Source: Camelus ferus (taxonomy: Eukaryota). From it: 64,000 nucleotides of DNA. The DNA lies in NCBI RefSeq assembly GCF_009834535.1, contig NC_045697.1:47494001-47558000 (forward strand), written 5' to 3'. A program made the translations under genes and the position numbers. The notes under the pieces are model-generated. The model saw nothing but the letters and a program-made list of their open reading frames with translations. It was not told where the DNA came from and made no database searches. Shown here one piece after another: positions 50,261 to 63,000 of the stretch (position 1 is its first letter; each line of letters begins with the position of its first letter).

Positions 50261-51164
50261 AAGGAATTCTTGTCTTCCCTCTCATTTCACTGTCTCTTTC
50301 ATTTTCTGTCCCATTTAAATCCTGCCCCTCTCCACTGCTACCTCCATACTTCAAGAGAATGCAGGTGACGGAAGCAGCAGAATGAAGAAAGAGGGGTTGT
50401 TACTCCCAACCGACAGGGGAAAAACGATTTTTGTTGGCACTGAGGTTCCAGTCTCTCAGCAACGCCAGCTCATCTCGGCCACCACGACTGTATTTCCAAG
50501 TCGTCTGGCACTCCCCGGGGGCACTCCAACCCAAAGGAAGCCAATCCTAAAGAACCATGGTGGATGTTTTCACAGGGAAAAACAACCACAAACCCATGTG
50601 GCAAGCTGCCCCTTTTGTTTCTGTATAATTCAGAGACATAATTTCCTCTTTCCATGAGTTTCTATTAACCTTGTTTTACTATTCCTCTCATTCTTTCTTT
50701 TCAAAAACATTTTAGATAAGAAAAATCCAATGTTAAAATGGGCACTAAAAAATAAAAAGAGTACTGAAAGAAGTCCCTGCAAAATAGGTGGCATTTGCCC
50801 ATTTAGGAGTATAAAGTTGACTCTGCAAAAAAGCCAGGTGATGAGAGATTAAAGAAGTTAAACAGATAAGAGGGTTAACTTTGGTTGTCTGTGGAGCTTT
50901 ACATGCTTTATGCACTTTTCATAAGTGATTCCGAGACAAATGACTACAGGTACAGAGCTGTGTGATGCCAATACTTAAGAACAACACTTGAGGCAAAATG
51001 AATGAAGGGGATGGAGCACAAACCTGAAGAGTGATTCTATGGCATCAGACACCAGAGTTTGAAGCTCCATCTCTACAGCAATACTTTCCTACACAGTCAT
51101 CTTTTGCCCCTGGAGGATGGATGCATGCCCATTATTCCTAGTACTATTGAGGAGGCAGAAATCA

Positions 51165-51380
51165 TGGTGGCTGAAGCCATGGGGTGTGGAATCAGAGAGC
51201 CTTGGTTGGAGTGTCAGCTCTATGCTCACGCTTGGCTGTGAGGCTTGGGCAAGATTACTTATTGATTCACTCAAGGCCTCTGTTTCCCTATCTGTAGAGT
51301 CGGAACATAAATAAATAAATTCACATAAGCTGCTGAAAAACCTGGGTCATAGTTAGCACTCAGTAAATGTTAGTTGTTCT
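51165..51380 (+). mobile_element. MIR SINE
   Basis: ggctgtgaggcttgggcaagattact..gcctctgtttccctatctgtaga..atagttagcactcagtaaatgttag. Confidence 0.8.
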
Positions 51381-52303
51381 TATTCCCATAAGATGGGAGG
51401 TTTTGAGATTTCTGGCATCACTGGCTCTGAAATGCAATACGGAAAGTGCAATCTAATTCCCCCCTACCTATCTCCTAGCCCAAACCTTGAACATTTAAAA
51501 AAATCTCAAGTTCAGTGGTGATAGTTGAAAATATTCACTGTTCTTTATCATTGTTCCCTGGGTTTCAATTCCTTGTTTACATATATAGTCTACTCTGAAT
51601 AATCTGCACTAATGATGCAGAGCAGCGTGAAGGATAATCCAAGAGGCTAATCCTTGGGGTGCATTCTCTGATTTCTGTTTAGTAGATCTGCTCTGCTAAT
51701 TACTCGGCTATGTTTGCTTGAGTTAGTGTTAACATACAATTGCATTCTTAAAGCCTGTGTCAGCTGAGGTGGGGAGGACAGCCAGAAGTGTGCTCGGCAT
51801 CAGAGGAAAACTGGATCAGGCTTAAAAATTAACAATTAGTCCCACAAAGCGGATAATAAAAAGTTAACGATGACTCTTAGTTTCCTTTTAACTCTGAAAT
51901 TCTAGGAACCATACAACATCTTGAAAAGCACACGCTCCATCCTCCAACTACTCCCTCCTCCCTGTATAGTACCCCAGTGCTGAAGAAGCAGCAGCACATC
52001 TGGGTGTATAAGTGATTTTGTTTCTCCTGGGCCAAAAAACTGGGTAACTGTACTAGGAACTTCCCTGTCACATCAAAGAATTACCCATAATTATGTGATA
52101 TAATGAAAATGCCTCTAACAGAAGCACTCTCTCTGAGCAGTTACAGTGAAACGACGACAGGCAGCTGAAAGTATTTGGCATTGGTAGAGTATTGATCTTC
52201 CCCAGGAGAGAAGGGAGAGCTGCTGAGATGGGGGAGGAGTGGGGGGCTGCGCAGAGCACTGACGGAAAGAAGGCAGGAAGAAAACAACAGAGCACCGCGT
52301 CAC

Positions 52304-52574
52304 CTGGGTTTTTCTTTGCTGTGCACAAAACGCACTTTTTTCTCCTTCACATCTTTCCAGCTAAAGTGAGCAGCCTTGTCGAGCTGAACCTCTTTTCCAT
52401 TCCTTGAGAGCACGAGCTGACCACTGGTGGGAGTGCTGACCACATGGAACAGGAGGTCTTCGACCCTGCCATCCTTGTCTTGGACATTCAGGAGGAAAAA
52501 ATCCAGTGGTTTCATTGAACCAATGGCAAGGGTGAGGGAACCATTCACATGAAGACTAGGAGTGTGTATTTTGC
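52304..52574 (-). CDS. FRAS1: FRAS1 coding exon, 271 nt, phase 1-2, first CSPG repeat
   Basis: tttccag|GCAAAATA...AAACCCAG|gtgacg; encodes GKIHTPSLHVNGSLTLAIGSMKPLDFFLLNVQDKDGRVEDLLFHVVSTPTSGQLVLSRNGKEVQLDKAAHFSWKDVKEKKVRFVHSKEKP. Confidence 0.96.
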
Positions 52575-52717
52575 CTGGAAATCACACAAATCAAAGGTCA
52601 GACTTGGTACAGTCACTAGTTAGGTTATTATTTTTTAAAGAAACAGACCTGTAATGTTCATTCTGAGCTACAAAGATGAAACTCTAGGCTACTGTATACC
52701 ATTAGCCTCCTTCTGAT

Positions 52718-54030
52718 CTAGTGGTTCTCACCCTGGATGCACATGAGAATAACATAAGGTCTCAACGTTAATCTATAAAACTTCTAGAAGAAAATACAGA
52801 AGAAAATCTTTGTGATCTTGAATTAGGCAATGCTTTCTCAGATCTGACACCAAAAGCACAAGTGACAAAAGAAAAAATGGATATATTGGACATCATTAAT
52901 ATTAAAAACCTCTATGCTTCCAGCAAGAAAGTGAAAAGACAATCCACAGAATAGGAGAAAATATTTGCAAATTACATATCTGAAAAAGGACTTGTCCCCC
53001 TCTTGTATCCAGAAAATAACAAGAATTCTTACAACTCATTAAATGATAAATAACCTAATTTTAAACAGGCAAAGAATCTGAATAGGCATGTCTCCAAAGA
53101 AGATATACAAGAGGACAATAAGCACATGAAAAGGTGTTCAAATATCATCAGTCTATCAGGGAAATTCGAATCAAAACCACAAGATGGTATCATTTAATAC
53201 CCACTAGGAGGAACAATAAAACATGTTCCCGAGGGGGTGGAGAAACTAGAAATCTCATATACTGCTGGTGGGAATGTAAAGTGGTGCGGCTGCTTGGGAG
53301 ACAGGCTAGTAGTTCCTCAAGCAATTAAACACAGAGCTATCATATGATCCAGCAATTCTACTCCTAGGTATATACTCAAGAGTATTAAACCATCTGTCCA
53401 CACAAAAACTTGTACACAAACGTTCACAGCAGTGTTATTCATAATATCCAAAAGTGGAAACAATCAAAATGTCCATCAATTGATGAATAAACAAAATGTG
53501 GTACATCCATACAATGGAATATTATTCAACCATAGAGAGAAATGATGTACTGATACGTGCTCTAACATGAAGGAACCTTGGAAATACTGTGCCAAGTGAA
53601 AGCAGCCAGACATAAAATGAATGATATCATTTATGTGAAATATCTAGAGGAGGAAAATCCATAGAGACAGAGAGTAGGTCAGGGGTTGCCAGGGGCTAAG
53701 ACAACGGGGCAGTGGGGAGAGACTACTAATGGTTACTGGATTTCTTTTTAGGGTGATTAAAATGACCTGGAATTAGATAATGATAATAGTTTCACAACGC
53801 TGTGGATATACTAAAAACCCACTGTATAATTTCAAGGGTGAATTCTATGGTATGTGGATTGTATCTCAGAAAGAGTAACAATAAGGAATCACATAGGGAT
53901 CTTCTAAAACAATACTGATACTTAGGCTCCACCACCAGATTCCAACTTAAATGTTCCGGGATGAGCCTTGGTGATTTTGCAAGCTCCCCAGGTAATCCTA
54001 AAGGGCTGCCACCTCTGAGAACCACAGTCC
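52718..54030. mobile_element. MER5-like hAT MITE split by an L1
   Basis: Left end tagtggttctca.. and right end ..tgagaaccacag are inverted termini; internal MER5-like sequence resumes after 53886. Confidence 0.7.
52760..53885 (+). mobile_element. 5'-truncated LINE-1 (L1MB-like): ORF2 end plus 3' UTR
   Basis: ctataaaacttctagaagaaaatacag; ORF remnant IREIRIKTTRWYHLIP..IYCWWECKVV; degenerate TSD gaataacataagg (52747-52759) / gaatcacataggg (53886-53898). Confidence 0.92.
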
Positions 54031-55269
54031 TATCCTAATACACCTGTCATATCTGACCATCAGACCCACCAAGAGACAAGTGTCTGGTGCCATTTGCAGG
54101 GACAGCCCCAGTTAATCTACAATGAAGTAGGATTATCAGTGGTTTATATTCAGACTTCATGTGAAATATTTACAACCTGTTTTAAAATTTTACCATCTCT
54201 GTCCATAGGAAGCATCTGATGGATGAATCAGGATTTCTGACCTTGATGTGGAATTCATCTTGTCTCCTGCAAGTTGGTTTGCCTGAACTTTAATTGGTAG
54301 CACTTCCTTTTACAAGTAGGTCAGACAGGGCAGTTCAAGGATGCCAAGTTGCAGGCCAACTACTTCTAATGTAAGATTACACTAATGAAACTCAAATTCA
54401 TTCTTGCAAGTTGACTTTTATTATGTCCCAAGAGGAGTAAGTTGACTCTCAGTACTCGGGCTTTCCAGGAGGATCCCAATGAAATAAGCCAAAGATTTTT
54501 TTTTTCCCCATGGGAAATCTTAGTATCATTAAAGGTCAGAAATAGAGAGATGAAAAATACGAGTGACTGCAGGTGATAAAACATGATCCGTGTTATTGAT
54601 GAAGGACACCCAAAAGCCAAGGAATGCTCGGCTATAATATAACTCCCAATCTTCATTCACCTATACAAGTTTTGGCTTCAAAATTAAGCCTGCATTTAAA
54701 TTTGCTTTTCTTTGTTGTTTAAGGTAAAGGGTCCAGAGAAGACTAGCTCCATTCCTTAACATCTTACCTAATTCTTAATGGCAAACAGAGTGGCTTGAAA
54801 TCCATTCAGTTTAAATGTGAGGACCTAATGGGGTAGGCTACTCTCTATTCATTAATTATTTACCATTAATCTCGAGTGTGTGCACAAAGGATGAACCACT
54901 GTACCTTGGCATGATTAGCTCTGTATGTTTATATAAATATAATGTTATATCTGTAAGAATATATATAATTTTCTATAACATGACTGTAATTCAGGAATAT
55001 AACTAAATTTTATGCCAAATCTTTGATGCGATAGTTGTGACTTTTAAAGCACACATTGCTTCTTTTTCTCTTTCAGAGATCGTAGAATTTGAATTTTCCC
55101 AATTTTCCATGTTCTAGAAACAGTTCCTTATTCCATAGCAGCACCAGGCGTATTCACAGAATGGGAATCCTGATCTTGCATCATGTGAGTCAATTATACC
55201 TGGAAACTCAGCCTCTGCCTGGAGAAATTACAGGTGAATTCACTGGACCATTGGAGGAGAAGCACTTAC

Positions 55270-55410
55270 CAGCACATGTTTCATTAGAGGAGTGGGCAGA
55301 AAAGCCAGGAACACAGTTGGCAACACAAAGGCCGCTCTTCAGAAAGAACCCCTGGTCACACAGGTGACACCGGTCTCTGTGGCTGCACTGCAAGCACCCC
55401 CGAGGGCAGG
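55270..55410 (-). CDS. FRAS1: FRAS1 coding exon, 141 nt, phase 1-1, last furin-like repeat
   Basis: tcaacag|CCTGCCCT...TGTGCTG|gtaagt; encodes ACPRGCLQCSHRDRCHLCDQGFFLKSGLCVANCVPGFSAHSSNETCA. Confidence 0.96.
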
Positions 55411-55689
55411 CTGTTGAAGAGAGGACACACTAAATGAGGCAGGACAAAGGCACAGGCACCCAGCGAGGGCTACCGGTGATAGAGAAATGACAAGTGAGAG
55501 CACAAGCAGCATGGGGTCCCCAGCTGTAGCAGAAGAGAATTCCAACAGTTCCCCATAGAACTTCAGAGACAGCTGGTCTACCCTAGAAAGGACAGTGGGA
55601 AGGGAGGAGCACCCTTGCTTTACACGCCATGACCTGAAAATGTTGCACAGAAACAGATTGTTTAAAAAGTTAACCATAGTGACTTGTCA

Positions 55690-55930
55690 GAGAGGTAGTT
55701 TATAGTGATTAAGAGCATAAACTCTTTCTGGGTACTGTTCCTCTTCTACCACTTACCGGCTGTTGAATTTGGGCAAGTTCTTTCAACAGTCTGCGGTACA
55801 ATTTCTTATCTTAAAAATGGGGATAGTAATAGCACCTAATACCAATGATTGCTGGTTGGACTGTGAGCTATTAATGATACAAATTGACTAGAACAGTATT
55901 GGGCTCAACAGAAAGGACTCAAGTGTACTC
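55690..55930 (+). mobile_element. MIR SINE
   Basis: tagtgattaagagcataaactct..ctaccacttaccggctg..ttgggcaagtt..aaaatggggatagtaatagcacct. Confidence 0.8.
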
Positions 55931-56937
55931 CTACCATCACTGCTATTCTGAGATTATTTTTATTATTATTATTTTAAATGCACGAGGAGAGCAAGCTATT
56001 TAAAGGACCATAGATAATTTCTTTGGATCAAGTTAACAACCTTCTACAAATCAAGTGTTTACTGCCTAATTATTCTGCTTTCTCAGTTGAGATTTTGTTA
56101 TAGAGAGGGGGCACAGGATAGCTTAACGGGCCCTGAATTCGCCCTTTAAACTATTCTGGTTCCTGAATTAGAATCAGAAAGTTTGAGATCAGTACCTGAC
56201 TTTATGTTGCCCTGGTTATACTCTTCTGCCTCTTTTTTTTTTTTTTTTTCCACTTGTGAAACAGGACTCGTAGTGTTTGCCATATTTTACCAAGTCATTG
56301 TGAATATTAAATGAGATAATGCAGATGAAGGAAATTTGGGGAAACGTAAAATGCCACACCTGGGTAATGGCATATGATTAAATGTCCGGTATTCTTTAAA
56401 GTGGGGCACACAGTACCAGGTTTTGATAGAAACGATGAGAATAAAACAAGGAACTCTTGAGAATAACTCAGTGGACAAGGAGATTAAGACTTTGGGTTTA
56501 ACTTTAGTTTCATAATAAAGCTCAACACGTCTCACTAAACTGCCCCCAGAAATCCGACACCTCAAGGACATAACGCGGTATCAGGGTCACTGGTAATTTA
56601 GTGGATGCACTGAACACCCTGGCCCTGTATCAGTAGGGCTGATCTCTCTTAATGGATCCCTCACCTTAGTTCAACGTAAGTTTTGCATCCCATGAAATAT
56701 TGGCTTTATTTCCATATAGACTTCTAGGGACAGTATTGATTTGTGCAAGAGAATTACTGGCCGGCATTCCAGTGTTCTATTTAGTCAGCAATTGGCAGAT
56801 GTGCACAAGAAGCCATCAGTTACTTAGGCCAAACTTCCAGGTTTCCTTTCTGCCCTTAATTACCTGAGAATCAGCACACCTGACTTACTTGTTGGCCTCA
56901 TTTCTTTCCAGAGAACTCAGCACAGTGTCCAAGTTAC

Positions 56938-57078
56938 CTGTGCATTTGCCATTTGCATGATCTGCAAAGTACCCCTTCCCACAGTCCTGGACACACTGGG
57001 CTTCCGAGAGGAGAAATGGCTCTTCACAGCGGGTGCACTCATGGGGACCTTGGCACTGGAGACAGTGTCTGGCACAGC
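56938..57078 (-). CDS. FRAS1: FRAS1 coding exon, 141 nt, phase 1-1, furin-like repeat (absent from the ORF track)
   Basis: cttccag|GCTGTGCC...TGCACAG|gtaact; encodes SCARHCLQCQGPHECTRCEEPFLLSEAQCVQDCGKGYFADHANGKCT. Confidence 0.96.
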
Positions 57079-57174
57079 CTGGAAGACAGAAGTCAAGTCA
57101 ACAGGAACGGGTACAGCTTTCCAAGGGGCTCTGGGCCCTCGTGGTGACGCAACTTAACCTGGTGCACTGGGCAA

Positions 57175-57310
57175 AGCCGCAGACGGGGAGCCAGGGAGCC
57201 AGGCTTCTGTCTGCGACTGCTGCGCTTACCAGCTGGGTGACTGAGGACCAGCCACTCCACTTCTCTGAGCCTCAGTGTTGTCTCCCAGAGAAGGGGAGTT
57301 GACACACTGC
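57175..57310 (+). mobile_element. MIR SINE relic
   Basis: cttaccagctgggtgactgaggaccagccactccacttctctgagcctcagtg. Confidence 0.65.
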
Positions 57311-57955
57311 TCCTATAAACTGACAGATATCAACCATTATCATATTATTAATGAGTCCTTGGCTCTCTGCACTGTTTCACTGTAAGTGTCAATTATCTTT
57401 CCTCACTCACCCGGTGAGTTATCAGAGCATTACCCAAGGATGCTCCCAGGATGCTGCCTATGTACTTTGTTTGGGTGGTCACTACGGGGTGTGAAGACGT
57501 TGTGGTGTTAAACTGAGGCTGGAGGGGGTACTGGGTCAGAGAGAGGCAATGGTTAGATGTATGGTACTTGGAGGGTCGTGAGAGGCAGATGATGGAATAA
57601 TATGGTCTTTCCTTGTGCTCACATGACTGGAGAATACAGACCTCTCTATCTGTAGCACAGGACTGTTCCATTTTTACAGAAATTCAAAACTTAATGGTCA
57701 AAACATACCTATTTGTGTGGCCATATACCCCCAAGATTCCCATGTAGATTTCAAATGTATCAAATGTTGTATTTGGGCACAGGAGAAGGAAAGAGGGGAT
57801 GTTTTCATTATAGCAAAGAAAAGCTCTCAGGGAAGAAACCAGAAATTGGATAAAAAACCAGAAAGGAAACTTGCCACAGGCTCCTTCTCAGAACAGTAGA
57901 AATCAGAGGAGGTGGAAGCCTCAGTGAGCACAGAGCAAGGGCCCCAGACACTTAC

Positions 57956-58096
57956 TCTTGCAGAGACCCCGGTCCCGGTAAAATGCTGGTGAGCACTGCT
58001 CCACGCAGGCTCCGTCCTGGAGGACGTAGCCGTCCATGCACTGCAGACAGTCCGTTCTCAGAGGCCCGCTGCACGCATTGCAACTCCAATCACACT
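57956..58096 (-). CDS. FRAS1: FRAS1 coding exon, 141 nt, phase 1-1, furin-like repeat (absent from the ORF track)
   Basis: tttctag|AGTGTGAT...TGCAAGA|gtaagt; encodes ECDWSCNACSGPLRTDCLQCMDGYVLQDGACVEQCSPAFYRDRGLCK. Confidence 0.96.
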
Positions 58097-59049
58097 CTAG
58101 AAAGAAAATTCCTTAGATCAGCTTCCCTCCTGTCCAGTCTCTGTTCCAGAGACTAATTTATGAGGACACTGTCTGCAGCTGCATGGGGTAAAGTGAGGAC
58201 AACATAAGAGATGTCAGATAAGTGAGCTCTGACGAGGCTCTGCATGTAGCAGCCTGAACACCTCTCTGAGGCTGTTTCCTCGTTATGCTAGACACGGGCG
58301 TGTACAAGGATCGCTCCCGGCTTGTGCAAAGCCTGCCTGTCAGCGGGGCTGCTGAGGGGCCAGATAGACTTGATCTTATCCGTCTGGGCCCCAGGGCTCT
58401 TTACCCCGAGCTACAGCATCTTCATGCAAAGCCTGCTCTAGGGAGTGGCCGATTCGCCTCCACAAACCTAATCCAACCTCCTCCAAATGTCAACAGGTAA
58501 AGGATGTCAGAGACTCAACTAAGGATGCATCTGCTCTCTCCACTGACTTCAGGCGTGTGACTCTCTTCCTCTCCAAACTCAGATGTTGACCAACACAACA
58601 GAAAGAACGAATGACGTTAGAATTAAACGGGGCGGAAAAGAACTGTCCGGAAAGAAAAAGATTCCTGCTCACTTCGAGTAGAGCTGATGCCTTCACATGT
58701 TCGTTCACTCAGCAAGCACCAACGGGATGTACAGCCCTGACCCAGGTTCTCATGTGGTGGGTGGGGACCCCGCCCTCAAAGAGCTAGCGGGTCCCAGCCT
58801 TAGATGTGCACCCAAATAACCCAGGGGCGTGTTAGAAACACAGATGGCCGGGCTCGGGCTCAGAACCACCGAGCCCGTCTCGGGGAGCGAGGCGGCACAG
58901 GAGACACGGTACTACTGCTATTGTTTCCCTCACTGTGATTATCAGAGCTGTGGGTGCTGTTGTTTTCATGACCCGGGCAATTCGGATGCAGTCACGAGAC
59001 GCATGTTTGAAAGGCAAAGTTCCAGCTGGTAAGGGAAGTCCTTCGTGCA

Positions 59050-59310
59050 CTGGGAGATGTAACAAGGCACCAGGACTAAGTATTTGGGTTTTGAAGTCAG
59101 TTAAATTTGTATTCAAGTCATGGTTTTGTCACTTTTTATCTGCATGTCCTACAGACCTTCCTGAAACTTTTTGAGCCTCAGTTTCCTTAACTGTAGAACA
59201 AGGATAAGAGTCACACCTATTTCATAAGGCTATTGTGAAGATTGAATGAAATCATGAATTTAAAGAACTCAGCACAGTGTCTGACACAAAGTAGTTGAAT
59301 AAATGTTTGC
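59050..59310 (+). mobile_element. MIR SINE
   Basis: tgagcctcagtttccttaactgtaga..ggctattgtgaagattgaatgaaatcatg..cagcacagtgtctgacaca. Confidence 0.82.
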
Positions 59311-60489
59311 TGCTGACCGGTTTCCTTGGAGAAGTATCTCCTCTCAGTGCTGCCTTGCCCCACCTTCCCTCTCCGCTAAGAAGCTGGGGGAAATCTCTCA
59401 TCAGTCACCTTTCTCTCTACCTTGATTCAGTATTTCCAAGTCCCAAAGAAGCAGGTAAATATGCAGGACAGTACATGTGCTTCCAAAAAGACTTACGAAG
59501 TTAAGCTCACTCATTTACATGACTGTATCGGTCCTGAGGGAAAATGACTAAAACAGAGTCTTGAAAACTGCCAGCATAGTTGTGAAATCATTTACAACAG
59601 GGAGGATTTGTGGTACTCTTGTTTTTCACCACAGACCAACGGCCCCTGGTTAGAAGGGAAAAAAACTGTAAGGGTTCTGTGGTCCTGAGTGCAGCAGACC
59701 ACCTCAGCTCACAACAAAGGAGAATTTCTTGGAATGGAAAGTATGCAATTTTGCGAAACCTTAAAGCATACCAAGTTGACTTGACTGATGTCTGACCTCT
59801 ATCTGAGCCCCAGCTTCTCTGGAAGACCCGAGAGGCAGGGAGAAATGCGGAATGGAGGAACGGAGAAGGGAAATGAAACAGGAGCAAGGAAACTTCATCT
59901 TTAATTCTCTTCTTCTCCTGACTGAGCACTGCCATTCGAAGAGCACAAGCTCCAAGAATTCTAACCCCTGGAGAACAAGGGAAAAGGCACTCTGTTTTTG
60001 ACATTGCCTCCTTATAAACTCCTGGAGGATGGGGACTGTGTCTTCACTCATTTAAGTATGTTCAGCAGAGATGAACAAATCAGACACAAGTCCTGTCTGC
60101 TAAGCTTGGGGTCTGGCTATCTACAGTTGTAAATGCAGATGCCTATGTGGCCCAGGAAGGCCATGCTGATCTTCAAAACAGGCTGGATGTGATAGGACAG
60201 GGAATGGTGGGGACGGCGGCAACCCGAGGAGATCAGGCTTCCACCCAAGGAGACGATGGCTACTCCTATTCCTGCACTGAGCAAATGCAAATTCAGGATT
60301 GCCAGACCTTCTGGCTTTGTCAAAAGAAATGGGAAGTCTCATTTTTTGTATGTGAAGTCTTCTGATTCTTAAAAGGAAAAGAATTAAAGATTTTCAAACA
60401 TTGGAACATTCAGTGGACCAAAAAAAAAACCAACCCATGCTTTGGGACCAAATACAACCTGAGAGTTTCCAGTCTGCCACCTCTGGTCT

Positions 60490-60588
60490 GCTGGCACAAC
60501 ATCTAGCACATGGTAGGTACTCAAAAATATTTGCTTAATAAATAAATGAATGAATACATACATACATACATACATACATACATACATA
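60490..60588 (+). repeat. L2 3' terminus with an (ATAC)8 microsatellite (60554-60588) adjoining its tail
   Basis: tctagcacatggtaggtactcaaaaatatttgcttaataaataaatgaatga followed by (atac)8 ata. Confidence 0.85.
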
Positions 60589-60722
60589 ATGATGTCTTGC
60601 TATCATCAGAAGAAGTCTAAACATCTGATAACAGTATCTTCCCAATGTGGGACAGTGGACATCTCCAGGAAAGGGGTATTGCCCAGGATAAAAGTCATTG
60701 TGCAATTCTGGAAGAGCTTTAC

Positions 60723-60869
60723 CTTTGCATGTCTTGGTGGGGAAGTCAAGATAGTACTGTGGGGCACAGCTCTCATGCTGACAGTCCCCAAACAGCAGGA
60801 CCTTGTTTGGATCTCGGCAGGAGGTACAGCTGGCCTGTGAATCACAGCTTCCACAATGTGCGTTGCACG
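60723..60869 (-). CDS. FRAS1: FRAS1 coding exon, 147 nt, phase 1-1, furin-like Cys-rich repeat
   Basis: tgctcag|CGTGCAAC...TGCAAAG|gtaaag; encodes CNAHCGSCDSQASCTSCRDPNKVLLFGDCQHESCAPQYYLDFPTKTCK. Confidence 0.96.
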
Positions 60870-61299
60870 CTGAGCAGATAGGAAAAGAAAATGACCAGAT
60901 GATTACAATTGCAAATACTGAAGCACCGATCAAACCGAGACAGATGCTGTGAAGGCAGAGAGCCGCCTCCAACCTGTTCTTTAATCATGCCTCAGAACCC
61001 TCAACAGAATTTATACGCATTCCAAGATCTCTGGAATAATAGTCCAAAGTTTCACTGAAACCTTGCTTTGTAAGGAATCAAGCCTCCTATATAGTTCATG
61101 AGGTAGAGATGGAATTTTGTGGGATGCCAAGATTAAAATTAGGCATCGACTTACTCTGGAATTCAGGAAATCTCATATTTTAAGATACAAAAGACCTTAA
61201 AGTGACCCAGCTTACTGAACTACCCAGCTGTAATTCTTAGCAGCCACTTAATCCAGGCATTCAGGGATGATTGCCGGGTATGGTCATGCCTCTGTCTTG

Positions 61300-62050
61300 C
61301 CTAACTTAACAACTAGCATTTCTCCATCTACTCAGCTGTTCATGATAGAAACCTTAGAGTCTATCTTGTCACCTCCCTTTCTCTCACTCCTAATCCAATT
61401 ACTCACTGGATCTTATTTATTTATTTGAACTCTCCTATTTAATTCTCAGAACTTTCAGCTTTTCTCCACATCCACAAATGCCAATACATCCAAGCCATCA
61501 TCATCTCCTACTGGACCACTAGCACAGCCTCCTAACTGGTCTGACTCCCTTGCTTTCTATTTTCCATGTATCCATTAGAGTGAGTTTTTTTTTTTTTATC
61601 CATCCTGCTCAAGTTTCAGAGGATACTTTGATCTATGAATTTATATCTTTCTTCAGTCCTAGAAAAATTCCAGCCATCATTCCTGCAAATACTCCTCCTC
61701 CACCATTCCTTCCATTCTTTTCACCTATAAATCATAACACATACATTCAAACTCTCTCAATATAATCTCCCAATCTCTTCTCTTTCACTCTTACTCATGC
61801 TTCAGCCTCCTCCTTCAAGAAGCCCTTGCCTGACTCTCTGGTCTAGAACAGGTCTCCCAGGCAGTGCTCTGACAGCACCCCAGACCTTCCATTCACGCCA
61901 TATGTAACAGTGTTCATTTCAGCGATGATTTAACATCTTATCCTTTAAAGCTGTAAGCTTCCTGAAGGCAAAGACCAAGTTTGTTTTGGTCCTTGCCATG
62001 GTCCCCAGCACCTCGCTGGTTATCTGTAATTTTGTAGGTGTTCAATAAAC
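61300..62050 (+). mobile_element. L2 fragments with an embedded older LINE remnant
   Basis: aaaccttagagtctatcttg..agcctcctaactggtct..; ctgtaagcttcctgaaggcaaagacc..taggtgttcaataaacacttg. Confidence 0.7.
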
Positions 62051-62269
62051 ACTTGCCACATAAATGGAAGAAGCCAGATACTGTAATTATACATGAGCAT
62101 GAGCGTCTCGGCCTCATTCAGAACTCCTCCCTCAGTGTGTGTCAGACGGGAAGCCTAGAAAGGGGTTGCGTGAGTCCTACTTTCACAGGATACCAAAGTG
62201 TGTGGCGCAGTGCAGAAAAGTCACCTCCTTATAAAAGAAAAAGAAACTCCTCATTTCACCTACAAGAAA

Positions 62270-63000
62270 AGCCACTGGTATAAGATATTTGTTAGAATAT
62301 GTAGACTGGTAATAAAAGGTCCTGGGGAAATTCTAGCCTGAATTTTCAAACAGTTGGAGAATAATTAGAAAAAGAATACTCTCATTGCTGGAAACTTATA
62401 GGGGACTAAACTTTTACCCTTTGGGGGGTAGGATTTCTACACATGTTGTATCTTAATTTTGGCAAAGGGTTTGACAAAAATCCCACAGATAAACTTGTGA
62501 ATGTAAAAATGAAGTGGGGTCTACCAATGGAAGGTGGATTTGAAGATAGTTGAAATACACACTCAAAACATTGTCAGTAAACCTTTGTAATTGGAAAGGA
62601 AATGTCTTTAGCAGAGTATTATGATGAAGTCTTAATTATTTACTTGATTGGTATTTTTATTAGTGACTTTAATGAAAACAAAGAAATCAGGCTAATGATA
62701 TTTAAATATGCCACATCCACTCATATAGGATACACACATAGTTAAGTTTCACCAGTTGAAAGAAAAACTCACTAAACCAATTGAAGCAATAAACTAAAAG
62801 TAATCAGACGAAACAAAAGCTAAACTGTTCGTAACGTCCTGTATTATGTTCTATAATTAATTGTACAAATAGACGGTACAGTAGACCTGTTTAGACGTCA
62901 GTATCATAAAAACGATCTCAGAATTTTAGTTGATTAAAAGCTTACTAAAAGTTGATATGGTTACTAAAGAAACTGACCCAGTCTTAAGCTGAAGAGCCAT
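62270..63000 (+). mobile_element. Ancient L3/CR1 LINE reverse-transcriptase relic
   Basis: From 62449 translates YLNFGKGFDKNP (CR1 RT motif YLDFSKAFDKVPH); downstream IFISDF corresponds to CR1 IFINDL at a plausible distance. Confidence 0.65.
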
